64,000 nt of DNA from Lepidodermella squamata (lineage: Eukaryota > Animalia > Gastrotricha): contig JBLDXI010000031.1 of NCBI GenBank assembly GCA_047495785.1, positions 558,001-622,000 of the forward strand, written 5' to 3'. The position numbers were made by a program, and so were the translations under genes. The stretch's first letter is position 1, and each line of letters opens with the position of its first letter. A model generated the notes under the pieces. The model made no database searches. It was given only the letters and a program-made list of their open reading frames with translations, and was not told where the DNA came from. Positions 11,571 through 23,517 of the stretch are shown one piece after another.

Positions 11571-14544
11571 ATTTTAAGTCACGTTGTGTTTATCTCACAC
11601 TTTTTCTCTTTTTACCACGTTCTTTGGCGTGTTTCAAAGTACCATTCACGAATTTGGTAGCCCGAAATCGCCAAAATTGAGGGAGTATGCAGTTTAGGTT
11701 CAGAAGTGAAGCTTTTATGCAGATTTATGGCACTCTCAAGCGACTTTGAATTTTTGCCTATTCAACTTCCACCAACGATGGCTCCCTAACGGTAAGGAAT
11801 TGGCTCATGAGATGTTGTGAGCTACCGGAATGGGTTCTGCATGTTTACGGTCAAAATTTGAGCCCAGAGAACCTCATGGAATGACAAGCGTTTGAAAAAT
11901 TGGAATTTTTTTATGCAGATTTAGGTTACCTTACCCTAAGTGTGTAAATTTTACTCACCAAAGTTTTTTTTTTGAGAAAAATAAAAAAAATTTGGCCTCT
12001 ATTCATCATATCCTCAGTTCATCATATCTTCAAATTCTTAGTTTATTCTCCAAAAATTGAGTCATTCTCGCTATCACTCGCACTCATTTTTAATAAATGT
12101 TTATCTCTCTTAGGTCATCGTCACTTTCGTAATCACTGCTAAAATGTAAACCTTCTTCATCCTCATCCCTCGAAGCCAAAACGCTTCGAGGGCGCTTCCC
12201 ATTACCAGCAGAGATTGCAGAGATTCGATCATAGCAAAGTTACGATGAGGTCGGCTGTTGTTGAGCAATTGATTATAGGATCTTCGGCGGGTTTTGAGGC
12301 TAGCCCAGTCGGCTTTTAAACGCCGAGGTCATCATCGCCAAAATAGTGCTTACTTTGATTTGATTTGACTTGATTATAGTATAATCAAATCAAATGAAAT
12401 CAAAGTCACTGCTTTCTAGAAAGCTTTAGTTCAGATTCAACAAGCTGTTTCTAACTCTGTTTCTGAGTCATGAGTACCACCAGTTTGGGTAATTTAGGCC
12501 ATGGCGGCTATTCGGACAAATGTTCATGCAATCAGAAGAAGCTACCTTGCCGTTGGCAATAAACTTTGCCAAACGTGAACATTTCATGACCTGAGACTAA
12601 GTGGATGCGCAGATATCGTTAGCGTCGTTGAATAACTCGGATTTTGGCTTGTTTACATCCGTTTCTTCAGCGTTGGGCCTCACGAAGAAGACACTTACGA
12701 CAGAAGCAGATTAAGTCGCAACCTCAAGAAGATCGAGTCATCATTGCCGAAAGCAATATCCGACGGGAAAGCAGCTAATGCTTTTCCAGAAGAATTGAAG
12801 TAAAAAATCAAGTGTCTGTGTTTTTTCCAAGCCAACAGCCGTATATCCCCGAACCGAAAGGACGTAGTAAGATAGTAAGAATGGAAGGCAAGCCAGTTAG
12901 CTAATAAGCCGATATGGAGCATTACTTAGCGCGTTTACAACTCACTATTGGGTCAAGGCCCACCAGCTGGACACATTCAACAAATTAACTTTGCAGACAA
13001 TTTCGCGATTTGCTGCGAGGGCTCGGACAAGCCCTATACCTGTGAAATTTGCGTAGAGCAGTTTTTTTATTGCTAATGATAAAAAATCCAAAAATCTCAG
13101 CATTGTGTGACATTAACTCTGCTTTTTTCAGTTCCAGACATGTTGCCGACAGACAAAATATTAATTTGTCCGCAACGATTGATTTTCCGAAAATCATAAT
13201 TTTTTTATTCGCCTATGATACAAAGTGGGTGTAGCATTGTTTTTTCTATAGACGAGTTATTTACCGATAGTTTCGGGGAAATCCTATGCTCGCAGCAGTT
13301 CTTTTCGACTAGTAAACTTCTGTATAAAGTGAACAGGTACAGGTAAAAAATTAAATGAAAAAACTATGAACTCTAGCTTAGTCCTGTTACAATGTGACAA
13401 CGGGAAGAAAACGGAGCGAACTAAAATAAAAGTAACGACTGCAAATGTAAATAGTAACGACCGAAAAAATCGAAAAATTTATCGCTCCGCTCGTTTCACG
13501 GGTTAAAATCATAGCTAATTTCCCCCCGGGCCAACAAAATCTTACAAACTTTTGTGTTGCTCGATATTAGAAACATGCCAGCTCGAAAATCCTGAATCTA
13601 CTTGCGACGCACCAAAGTCAAAATTATAGCTGACTGGGATTATCTGAAATCGAGATGAACGGCAGATGGCTTGCCTAACCATAGAAAACTATCAATTTTG
13701 TAATAAAAGCAGGCTGTTCACGACTGATCCCTCGAACTCGCATGGGTATTTTGGAATTTAGTTTACTTTTTGTTGTGCATTATTCTAACCGGATGACGAA
13801 TAATTAACAATTTCATTTGCGGTCATTTGAGTGGGAAATCTTTCATATTTTTATTCACCAAATACTTTTTATTACCTTAAAACTGACATGAACAGGCCTA
13901 GATTCCTCTGCGCTAGAGACGGCACGTGGTTCGCTATGTCTCGTGCCTAGTGCGCCATTTTTGCATGTTTTGCAGCCCTGATTTTGACCTGAAAAATTGG
14001 TCCCTGACCTTTCTATGTGCCAAGAGTAGAAATTATCCCCATTCAGAATGGACCTCATTAGTGATCTTCAGTAGTGTCCCCGCCATTGACCTGACATTTA
14101 TTATTTCGAATGACCTCTAACCTCTGACATTTATTTGAGGCTGCCATATATTCGAGGCTGACATTTTTTCCGGGCAGTACGGTATTTTCTGAATACCTTA
14201 AGGGCAGAGATCAAACTAGCTGGCGTAGTAGGACCGCAGAACAGATAGCGATAAAAAAAATCGCAAGAAGGGTCCCCCTTTGGACTTCGAATGAACCAGC
14301 CGTTCGGACCGATGGGACTGGTGGGGATAATCCCTAAAATTCTTGAGAAAGCGAAAATTGCTGCCTGAAGGATCAATTTCAGGAGACAGGACGCAATAAA
14401 CCGAGATTATTTGATTATTCATTTTGCGCTGTAATAAAACTTGATTTTTTTCACGGGTAATAATTTTTATTGGAGGTGAAATTTCACAGCTAGATAGCAG
14501 AGGTTGTAGTCTTCTCTTTCAGCTTGAGAAATTTCACTTCAACA

Positions 14545-15286
14545 ATGGCTGGGATAGTTTTTTACCTATTTCTTACTATTGCTGGTTATGCAAATGCTCT
14601 GCGTTGCCACAATACAACTGCAGTACCTAACATGTCCGAGCTTATGATGCAAATAATGCGAGGATCTACACCTGTTGAACCTGATAGCGAGGATTTTGGT
14701 GGAGGCAGCCCGCCCGCTGGCAGCCCGTTAGTCGGACCCTGCCGATATTGCATGGTAAAATTGTGAATATTCCCCATATTTTAAGAATTCTCTCGGATTT
14801 CAGCGAGACAATATTCGTAAGTACGTCAAAGTGTCGCCCGCCGCGCCGGCAATCAGTTATCGATTAACTTACTGGTCCTGTGAACAAGGCCGAGCAAACC
14901 CATTCGTGGGTATTTCTGAATCGGTCCTCGGCTCCATGGATCAGTCATTTGATATGGCTGCAAATAATTTCTGGTCACAATCAGGTAGTTCAGGCTCAAC
15001 TACAACCTCGGCTCCTGCGAATGAAACATGCAAGGAAATGTCATACACGACGAAGCGAAAAAATAACGATGTTCATCTATTGTGTATCTGCTGCACTGAT
15101 GGCTGCAGTGCGAAGCCGTACTGTGGACTGTCTTTCGGGTCCACTGCTTCCGCTTCTTCCAGCACGACTGCAACTAATGAAACGAGCTCTTCGCCACCTG
15201 CATCGGGGGTGAAAGGAAAATGCGCGCAAATGCGGAAAAATGTCGACGATGTTTGCACCTATGTTGAAAATTCCGCATCGGACTAA
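14545..15286 (+). CDS. Secreted Ly6/quiver-like three-finger protein, copy 3 (exons 14545-14754, 14804-15286)
   Basis: Same architecture; 49-nt intron; about 300 bp of upstream sequence near-identical to copy 2. Confidence 0.7.
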
Positions 15287-15309
15287 ATGAAATGTATTGT
15301 AAATTAGGT

Positions 15310-16878
15310 TTATTGAAACACTGTAATTTCACATAAAGCCGGCATCATTGGCAAATTGCAAGGGAAATCATTCAATTGAATTTGTTCGATGTTTTCAGTT
15401 TTCGGATCTGAACTTATCAAGCCTACGCAATTCTCTTCGTAGCGATCATTGAGGGGATTTTTCGCTAACATCGGCCATCGACTTGGAAACCTTGCGTAAA
15501 ATTCAGCATTATTGCTCGGCTCTCCGGCACTCCAAAAGCTAGTATTTACCAGAGGTTTGTTATCAAGCCATGTAAAATTCTGGCTCGAATCATTTCTAGA
15601 CAGTCCGATCCAGCTTAGGCCGAGGCGATGCTCGTCATTGAGCCAAAGATGGCGACGTACCCATAGGGCTTCCAAATTATCCCTCAGATCCTGAAAAACC
15701 TCAGCACTGCTTGGTTTAGCTAAGCTTGCATTCATAGGTCCCCGTTTGCAAGAGTAGAAAGCTTCGTGCCACGTCAGGTTGTGGCCAACAAGATAGTAAA
15801 GAGTCGAGGTCTTCGAATTTTCCCGGACGTAGAAAGATTGACAGCTGAAGTTGAGCATATCTTTTGTGTAATAAGCTTTCAGCATACAGCGGACTTTATC
15901 CAGATGTTTTCTCAATATTGCATTTCGAAGTTGCGATTCGTCTTTCGGACAAGGGTTTGAGGTTGTGTTACGCTTGAATGGCTTCTGTTTCGTAAATTTC
16001 GGTCTGTTAGGCCGTTTTGTCACAGGTAATCGAGCTGATCTAGTCTAAATAAAAATGTGTTCCCCATTGAACTCGAATCTCGATGATGAACAAAACATAC
16101 GTTGTAGGTCAGTTTTGGTGTTGGAGGCTTATTGCATAGATAAACTGGCTGCAACAACAGAAATAAGAAAAGTGCTCTCAATTTTATAAATCCTGTTTAC
16201 CGAGCGGCAGGTTGGCTTGACGGGTATCCATTCAGCGAGAAGCTCGCAGTAACCAGTCTTTGTGTATTCGCATTTCGGCCGCCTAACCTCTCCACTGCAT
16301 CGAGCCGTAGGACAACAGGTTTCCTAAAGCGAGAAAGAGGTTACAAGTAAGCACGTTAGAGTGAGTTTGGCTAATTTTTAGATTTTTGTTCTCAATTTTA
16401 TTCTTAATTCTACGACAACTCCGAATGAAAGATAATTGAAACACAGAAATATATGAAATTTCAAATTAAAATTCAATTTTGTTTGATTTTTAGCGACTTG
16501 AAATTGCCAAAATGAGCCAGTTAACACAACATTAAAAAATGTTGCTTTCGATTTGTTATTTTTCAGGTAAGCCTTCACTTTTGTTCTAGTCATTACTGCA
16601 ATTTGTAATTATCTCAGGGCTTCCCAGTGAAAAAGCCTATAAACTATACCAGGTTAATAGCCTACCGTCTCATATTTCACAGTGTCGCAGCAATAGCAGA
16701 CTGGTTCGTTCACGTCATTAAAATCAACGACTGGAATTGTCGCTGCATTTCTGTAATTCGATTGCTGCGATGCGACTGCGAATGCAGCTGTTATTACCTG
16801 GGTCTTTCCTCCAGTTAATTGCAAGTGAGATCCTAATGCCAGTGTTAAAACTAGCAGATAAGTCTGAATAAGCAACAT
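15310..16878 (-). CDS. Secreted C-type lectin with N-terminal Cys-rich module (exons 16878-16666, 16323-16201, 16148-16101, 16044-15310; about 372 aa)
   Basis: Signal peptide MLLIQTYLLVLTLALG; three phase-0 GT-AG introns give a continuous frame; CTLD motifs TWHEAFYSC, SWIGL, FTWLD, EPS, ENCV, LNDFPC, ALCE. Confidence 0.8.
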
Positions 16879-17132
16879 TTTTACAAGACGGATATTGGAA
16901 TAATCCTTTTCTTGATTTTAGACCCAGAACCAACTTTAATTTCGTAAACAATAACAATCAATATTGTTTGCATCTTTTACCCCCATATTAATCACATTTA
17001 TGCGCAACGAAAAAATCATTTAAGCCATAGTTTTTATTGTAAAAACTGGAATTATTGCGATATAAATTGCAGTAGTGGGTGCAGCGATATAATTTTTCTT
17101 CTCAAAACATCGTAATATATCAATCTATTAAA

Positions 17133-18587
17133 TTATCGAGAACCATGCTTAGCGCTGTTCGCAACATCAATCGCCTGTCCGCGCTTTCTCCGATGAAAAT
17201 TAGCGCCCGCATCGTTGTACTCTGAACAGCCGAAACGCGCAATGCAAGAACCATCTCCATTAACGTTGATGCCAGTGCAGTTTTCAGCAGCGTCGCAGGC
17301 AGCGCGGCATAACTCCACAGACTCAGCTCGAGTACCAACAGCCGAGCCGCCAGAACACCGTTTACCAGTGACAATCTCATAATTCCCAAGGATTTCTGTG
17401 GTTTGGTTAATTTTAGGCGCTGGAGATGCCGTTTCGACCTCAATTTCTACGTATTTCTCAGTATTGATAACAGGCTGCGGAATTTTAGAGAAAAGTATAG
17501 GTTCAGTATTCATATCGATATGTGTCGTAGTCACGATAATAGGCGTTGTAGTAATTTGAGCCATTCTTTTCCGATGAAATACAGCTCCTGGGTCTTTCAC
17601 CTCCTGGCAGCCAGACCTAGCAACGCAAGAACCATCGCCATTCACGTTAACACCAACACATTCCGCCTGGGCTGAGCAGATATCGAGACATTTTTGAACA
17701 TTCACCGACCTCTCACCAACAGCTGATCCGCCAATGCAACGTTTTTCTTGCAAAAATTCGTAATCACCAGTAACAGTAACTACAGGCTCATCAGATGTAA
17801 CAATTGGCTGCTCAGTCGTACTTGACTTGAAAAATGACTCAACGGGTGGTTTCGTTGTGGGAGATAGTGAGGAAGATGTGCCAACGACTAATGCAACTTG
17901 AGTAGCCTGAGCTGCATGGATAAGAGAGCTCAAAATCATGTCGACGGTCGTGACAGAGTGCCGGCTCTTCTTTCGATGAAAAGTCGCTCCATCCTCTGTC
18001 GGAATCTCTTGACACATCGTTTTTCCGAGGCAAGTCCCGTCGCCTAGAATGTTGATCCCTTGACAGTCTTTAGCGATGTTACAGGCGATGTAGCATTTCA
18101 CGAGGTCAGTAGTTTGCTCGCCTATTCTAGCCCCGCCCACACATCGAATTCCGGCGACAATGTTGTATTGAATGCCGTATTTAGCCGTGGTAATTTCGGG
18201 TATTTCCGTGGTTGTAGTCGGGAGGCTTTCATGAGTTGGCACAATGCCAGCGACGTTTCTCTTATAGAAAATTGACCCTGGGTCGTCTGTTTCGCGGCAG
18301 CCAGCTCGAGCTACGCAAGACCCGTCTGAGTTGAAGTTGATGCCCGTGCAACGGACTGAGCCGCTGCAAACCTCAACGCAGCGAACCATCGCATCTTCAC
18401 GTTCGCCGATCGCAACGCCACCGTAGCAACGCTTACCCATCATCTGCTGGTATTCTTCCATCTGGCCGGCTGAAATCAAGTAGATGACGCGAGCTATATC
18501 GAATTTGGCCTTAAGCCAGCCCGACTTACCCGCTGCTACGGCGGCGCTGGTTAGAAGTAACAAGAAAGTGAGCCTTAAAACAGCCAT
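17133..18587 (-). CDS. Secreted PAN/Apple-like repeat protein A (4 modules; exons 18587-18530, 18469-17133)
   Basis: Signal peptide and phase-1 60-nt intron; modules RCxGG..C...C....C.G.N....C..R.GC; T-rich linkers. Confidence 0.8.
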   Translation of the reverse strand: MAVLRLTFLLLLTSAAVAAGKSGWLKAKFDIARVIYLISAGQMEEYQQMMGKRCYGGVAIGEREDAMVRCVEVCSGSVRCTGINFNSDGSCVARAGCRETDDPGSIFYKRNVAGIVPTHESLPTTTTEIPEITTAKYGIQYNIVAGIRCVGGARIGEQTTDLVKCYIACNIAKDCQGINILGDGTCLGKTMCQEIPTEDGATFHRKKSRHSVTTVDMILSSLIHAAQATQVALVVGTSSSLSPTTKPPVESFFKSSTTEQPIVTSDEPVVTVTGDYEFLQEKRCIGGSAVGERSVNVQKCLDICSAQAECVGVNVNGDGSCVARSGCQEVKDPGAVFHRKRMAQITTTPIIVTTTHIDMNTEPILFSKIPQPVINTEKYVEIEVETASPAPKINQTTEILGNYEIVTGKRCSGGSAVGTRAESVELCRAACDAAENCTGINVNGDGSCIARFGCSEYNDAGANFHRRKRGQAIDVANSAKHGSR

Positions 18588-18822
18588 TTTGCTAATTGCG
18601 GCTAAAATGTGTATTTTGAGGCGTGTTTGCGCTGCAGACCGAGCGATTAAGCTGGACGCCACTCGTTGTGTTTATTCGTCAATATTGTGACAACAACGCT
18701 TAGCGAGCTACCGGAGCTCAAGTGAGGATTAACCACTCCATTAACATAAGCCTATACATCGCGCAGTGATTAGTTAGCAAATAATTGAGTAATAACACGG
18801 TTTTTTGCGTAGTTTTTGTGTC

Positions 18823-20716
18823 TCACTGGTCTTTCAAGTGGAAAGAGAGCTCTGGCCCGGCCGGGATCGTGTCGCAGCCGGCGGTTCGCAGCACGCACGT
18901 CTCGGTATCTTTGTTGTAGTTGAAGCCGTGACAGTCGGCATTTCGCTGACAGGTCTCCTGGCACTCGACTAGGCTGTTGCCCACTCCGACGTTTATGCTC
19001 GTGCCGCCTGCACACCGCGTGCCTTCGCTGATTTTGAATGGCCCAGAATCCTCATCACCTGAAAATGAAAATATTTGTCTTAAATCAGTTGCAATAGTGT
19101 TAATGGTTATTATTCCTTGTAGTATAAATTGAGGTCAAGGCATTGAGCAAATTTTTGCCGCGTTGTGGTAAAAAGTTACTTTCCAATACAGCCCCAACAT
19201 CATCTATCCCTGGTGTGCTTATTGAAGGTTAGAAACACTAAAGTTACCGCGAGGGCGCACTCGACCTTGCAATTTTGAAGTGAAAAGGAAAGTGTCCAGG
19301 TTTTCCCACCAACTAAAAGCCATGGAATTTGATCAAAATTTGACAAAAGCTGATCAAAAACATGCATGAGACCGGAAATTAAGGAATAGACAAATTATGA
19401 AAGGAATCCGCAAAATTAAACTGTGCAACGAAATGGTTTTTGGAGTTATGAGCTAATGGGGATAGACAAAATAACAATGAAATAATAGTCTTACTATCAG
19501 AGTCATCGGTTTCTCCATCTGCCCCAGTAATTGGAGCTCCAACTTTCCGATGGAAATCGACGTAATCCGCGAACGACTCAGTGCAGCCAGATCTAGCCAC
19601 ACATGAACCGTCAACGTTAACATTGATACCAGTACAAGACGGATCAGCGTCGCAATAGACCTTGCAAAATGAAACATCACCACCCGGCTCACCAACACGA
19701 CCTCCACCGGTGCAGCGAGTCGCGGCCTTCACTTCATAACTAACACTCGAAGCAGTTTGAATAACAGGAGCTGGCGACGGGGCTGACACTTTCGCCGGTG
19801 TGGAAATGGCCTTTTTGCGATGAAAAGCCGATCCAGGATCAGAAGTCTCGACGCAACCAGCCCGGGCAACGCAAGAACCGTCGGGGTTAACGTTGAAACC
19901 AGTGCAAGTTGGCGTGGCATCGCAGGCAGCTTTACATTCACTGATATCCCCACTTGGCAGACCAACTCGCTCGCCGCCTGAGCATCTCTTGTCACTGATT
20001 ACGTAATAAAGTGCCAGAGGGACGCTGTTAGATTGAATTTTCACTGGAACTTCAACAACAGGGGCCGGGGTTGGCTTAACCTCCCTCACAACCGAGCCAG
20101 TTCTTCGGTAGAAAGTCGAAGCATCTTTAGTAGTCTCCGTACATTCAGTCCTTGCAATGCACGATCCGTCGTTCAAATTGAGATTCACGCCATAGCACAA
20201 TGGTGAGTTTGTACATGCTCGTTTACATTCATCGATCGAATAGCTGATCTCTCCGATTCGATGCCCGCCGATGCATCTGATGTTTAAAACGACCTCGTAA
20301 GGCCTGAGCGCAGGCCTTTCGGTGACTTGCTGTTGTTGCGATTCCATTTCAGGCTTCACCCCGCGTGGGACGTTTGCCTTCATAGAAACGAGGTCTTTTT
20401 TCCGGAAGAAAGTCGCGCCTTCATCCGGCGATACGATGCAGCCTACTCGAGCGGCGCAAGTTCCGTCTGCGTTCAAGTTGTAGCCGGTGCACGCTGCGGC
20501 GCTGTCGCAGAAAACTTGGCATTCACTGCCGTAGCCTAGCTCTCCGATGCGATCGCCTCCATTACAACGCTTATTCGCTAGTTTCTCGTAATCTGAGTTG
20601 GCACCTGCTGTAAGAAATGAAGACAAAATCAATGAATTAACTAAGACTTTTTTCTTATTTTTCAGCCCACCTGACATCACAAGGCCCATAGCGAGAATCG
20701 ACGCTAACATGGTCAT
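18823..20716 (-). CDS. Secreted PAN/Apple-like repeat protein B (5 modules; exons 20716-20671, about 20607-19495, 19058-18823)
   Basis: Signal exon; phase-1 introns; last exon encodes RCAGGTSINVG..ECQETC..DCHGFNY..TCVLRTAGC. Confidence 0.8.
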
Positions 20717-21769
20717 TTTTTCGAATTGACAGTCCCAAAGCTCCGATTTTCAAAAGAGCCCGGGGAGCGGGTTTGTTGTAACCTGGGTTTCAAAATTTGA
20801 TGAAATTAAATGTGATAATGAAAAAGTCAGCACCTCATGGAGCTATGACAATGACTTTGATGATTGATCACTAGATGATGACACTTTGCGCTATTGTCGT
20901 ACCTAATAATGGTGTTGTTTTCGCTTATTGCGGTTTTTTCGCCGGACTAAACTCTAAAAGTGAAAAAACAACCTTTTGGAACAATGGTAATTGTGGTTGT
21001 TGTTGATGAGCCATGGCGCCTGTCTTGCAACAAATTAGGCCAGCAAACAATTAACCATTGTTTTAGCTGGAACAATTAAATCTCAGGATAAGGTTTAATT
21101 CAAACGAAATACATGATAAGGCTCAAGGCCCAAACGAATGCCATTTTATAACTCATACGTTCACTAAAATGCCTTATCGTTCCATCAGGAGGAGTAAAAT
21201 CGTGGTTCAGGTTGTTTTATGACCGTGGGCAAGCTGATAGAATTGCCATGTTGCAAATCGATCATAATATAGCTCTACAATCTTAGATGTCCACAAATTT
21301 CGTATTCTGGAATTTGCTGTGGAATTTGACAGCCCCTCACTGCTCATCTTTCCTCTGCTATAGCTGCATTTTGACGCCGGGATTGGATCCAGAGGAAAAT
21401 CATGACAGCCTAAGCGTCAATAGCATCGGCTCTTGTTGCTGACTCTGAAAAGTTTTCCAGAAAGGAGAAACGCTTGCAAAATTTCAGCCAATTTGATCGT
21501 TGTAATCGTATGGTTCATTAGGGATTTCCGCATTTCGGCGATTGAACGTGTTTACTTCGTCCTTCGTCTATTTGAAATCGCAGAAAAATAAACATCAGCA
21601 TTCATTAAGGGAAAAAAACAGTAAAGGACTTTTATTTTACAATTGCATTAATCCCAAAGTTGAGAGAAAAAAGATTTGAAGAAGGAACAAAGTGGCGGAA
21701 GTTCGTGTCGGTGCTATCCGTTTTATACGGTATAGATAGCGTCAACAATTATCATACTAGATTAAACAT

Positions 21770-23155
21770 TTATAGAATCATCAGTGAACCATAGTACATT
21801 GAGACACTGAAGGCAACGCAAAACACCAAGGCAGCAACTATAAGGTCGCAGATTCTAATGAGCCGAACTCCGCCTTTGCCGTTCGCCTTTCTGAACAGCA
21901 AAGCCTTTGAATGCTTCATATTCCCAATGAAACACGCCCCTAGAGTGTAAATGGTCAGTATGAAGCAAATTACCATGAAAACAACAAGAATATTGATCAG
22001 ATAAACCTCCTGCGATGTCTTTGGAATCAGAGAGAACACCATGGCCAAAATGACAGCTATCGATAGATTCACTGCTATGCAGAAAGTTGGTCGATCAGGA
22101 TAGGACGGGTCCATCATTAAGCTGAAGATTTGAACGATCATCAATGATAGAGTTGGCACGAAGATATTAGCGACGTAGTAATTGGGCTTCCGCCTAAGGA
22201 CTAGAGTAAATGTTGCATGGTCATAGCCACCTTTGTCGACTACCGATCCATTAAAGTAAACGAAGACCCAAATATCGTCATCTCGAACCGGTAAGTAATC
22301 CTCCGCTATTCCAACAATACCTAAGCGGATTGTTGCTTCGTTGCGTACATTTTCATGCTCGAACTCGAATGTGCATGTTGCTTCATCGAAAGGGAATTTC
22401 GTGAAGCTGAATCCAAAGCATAAAGATTTGAAGGGCCGCACGCAGATGATTGAGAACCGAACGCCACCCTCGCGAAATGGGCGCGCCCCAATCAATCTTT
22501 CACTTTGAGAGACAATAAATGTTTGCGAATGAGATATATTAAACTTGCATTACTCTCTGAGAGGTCTCACTTCACCCAGAGCATTGATGTGTTGCATGTC
22601 CGGCCACCAAACTGAATCTGCAGGAATTGCAAATTGAATTCTATTCCGCACCTTTTGTGGGATGGTTTCGTAGCCTGGCAAAAGCTGTTGCAACATATTT
22701 TCATCGCAAGGAACGATCCAGAATGCTCGAAAAAATAGTGTAACTGTCATACTTTGAAAAGAAAATTCGAATCAGATTGAGAATGTTGAAGAATTAAGGT
22801 GCACCAAATTAAAGCCGGACGATCAGAACAGCCTTATATGTAATTATAATATCATTTCATCTATTTACCTCATTTCAACATCGCTGATTTCGCTCACTTG
22901 CACAAGGTCAGCAGAAAGGTACGTTAAGATCGGATCGCTGTAGTTTGCTGTTTGCAATTGCCAAGCTGATGGTAAGTTCATCGCCTTTGCGATAGGGCAC
23001 AGTCGGAAAAAGCGATCCCGCAACATTAAATCTGGAATGCCTGCAACCGATGGATCGTCGTTGGAATTCATCATGATCTTTGTTCCGTTGATAAAATCCG
23101 GACTAGCCAGCGATGCTGAGATGACCAACAGCAATGAAACACGGAAGTCAAGCAT
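21770..23155 (-). CDS. Divergent Cys-loop ligand-gated ion channel subunit 1 (exons 23155-22869, 22751-22554, 22502-21770; about 405 aa)
   Basis: Signal peptide, WWPD loop A, C..FPFD..C loop, LRRKxxYY pre-M1, four TM segments; two phase-2 GT-AG introns keep the frame. Confidence 0.9.
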
Positions 23156-23517
23156 CTCTGGTTCTGAGTATTACTCTACAACTAAACAAGCTAATAAGCA
23201 TTTCAGTATATCTGTGCCTAGAGATTCATTCTATTCGCCGCTGATTAAACATGTCGTTTACACGTATATATGTTTGATTTGATCATGTGACATGCGTGTA
23301 ATCAAACAAGTAAACTGCATGCCCTCATTACCCTCTTAATTTCATACCGTATAAATAATTTCGGATCAGCAAAAGTCACTGGCGTAACCGGCAGCAAATT
23401 AATTGTGAAAAACAGTTTTGGCCAAATTTGGTGTCAAAATGGAATTATTTTGACGGCTAACCGCTGTCAAGATGTGGTAAATAACAAATAACACAACTTA
23501 GTCGAAAAATTTCCTCG

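Noticed and set aside
11600-14130. Short ORFs and probable repeat debris
   Set aside because: No recognisable protein motifs or paired termini; only one MITE-like end at 13980, shared with 41793.
16101-16190. ATA-initiated signal peptide (IKLRALFLFLLLQP) for the lectin
   Set aside because: Better explained as intron polypyrimidine tract and acceptor; an ATG signal exon exists at 16878.
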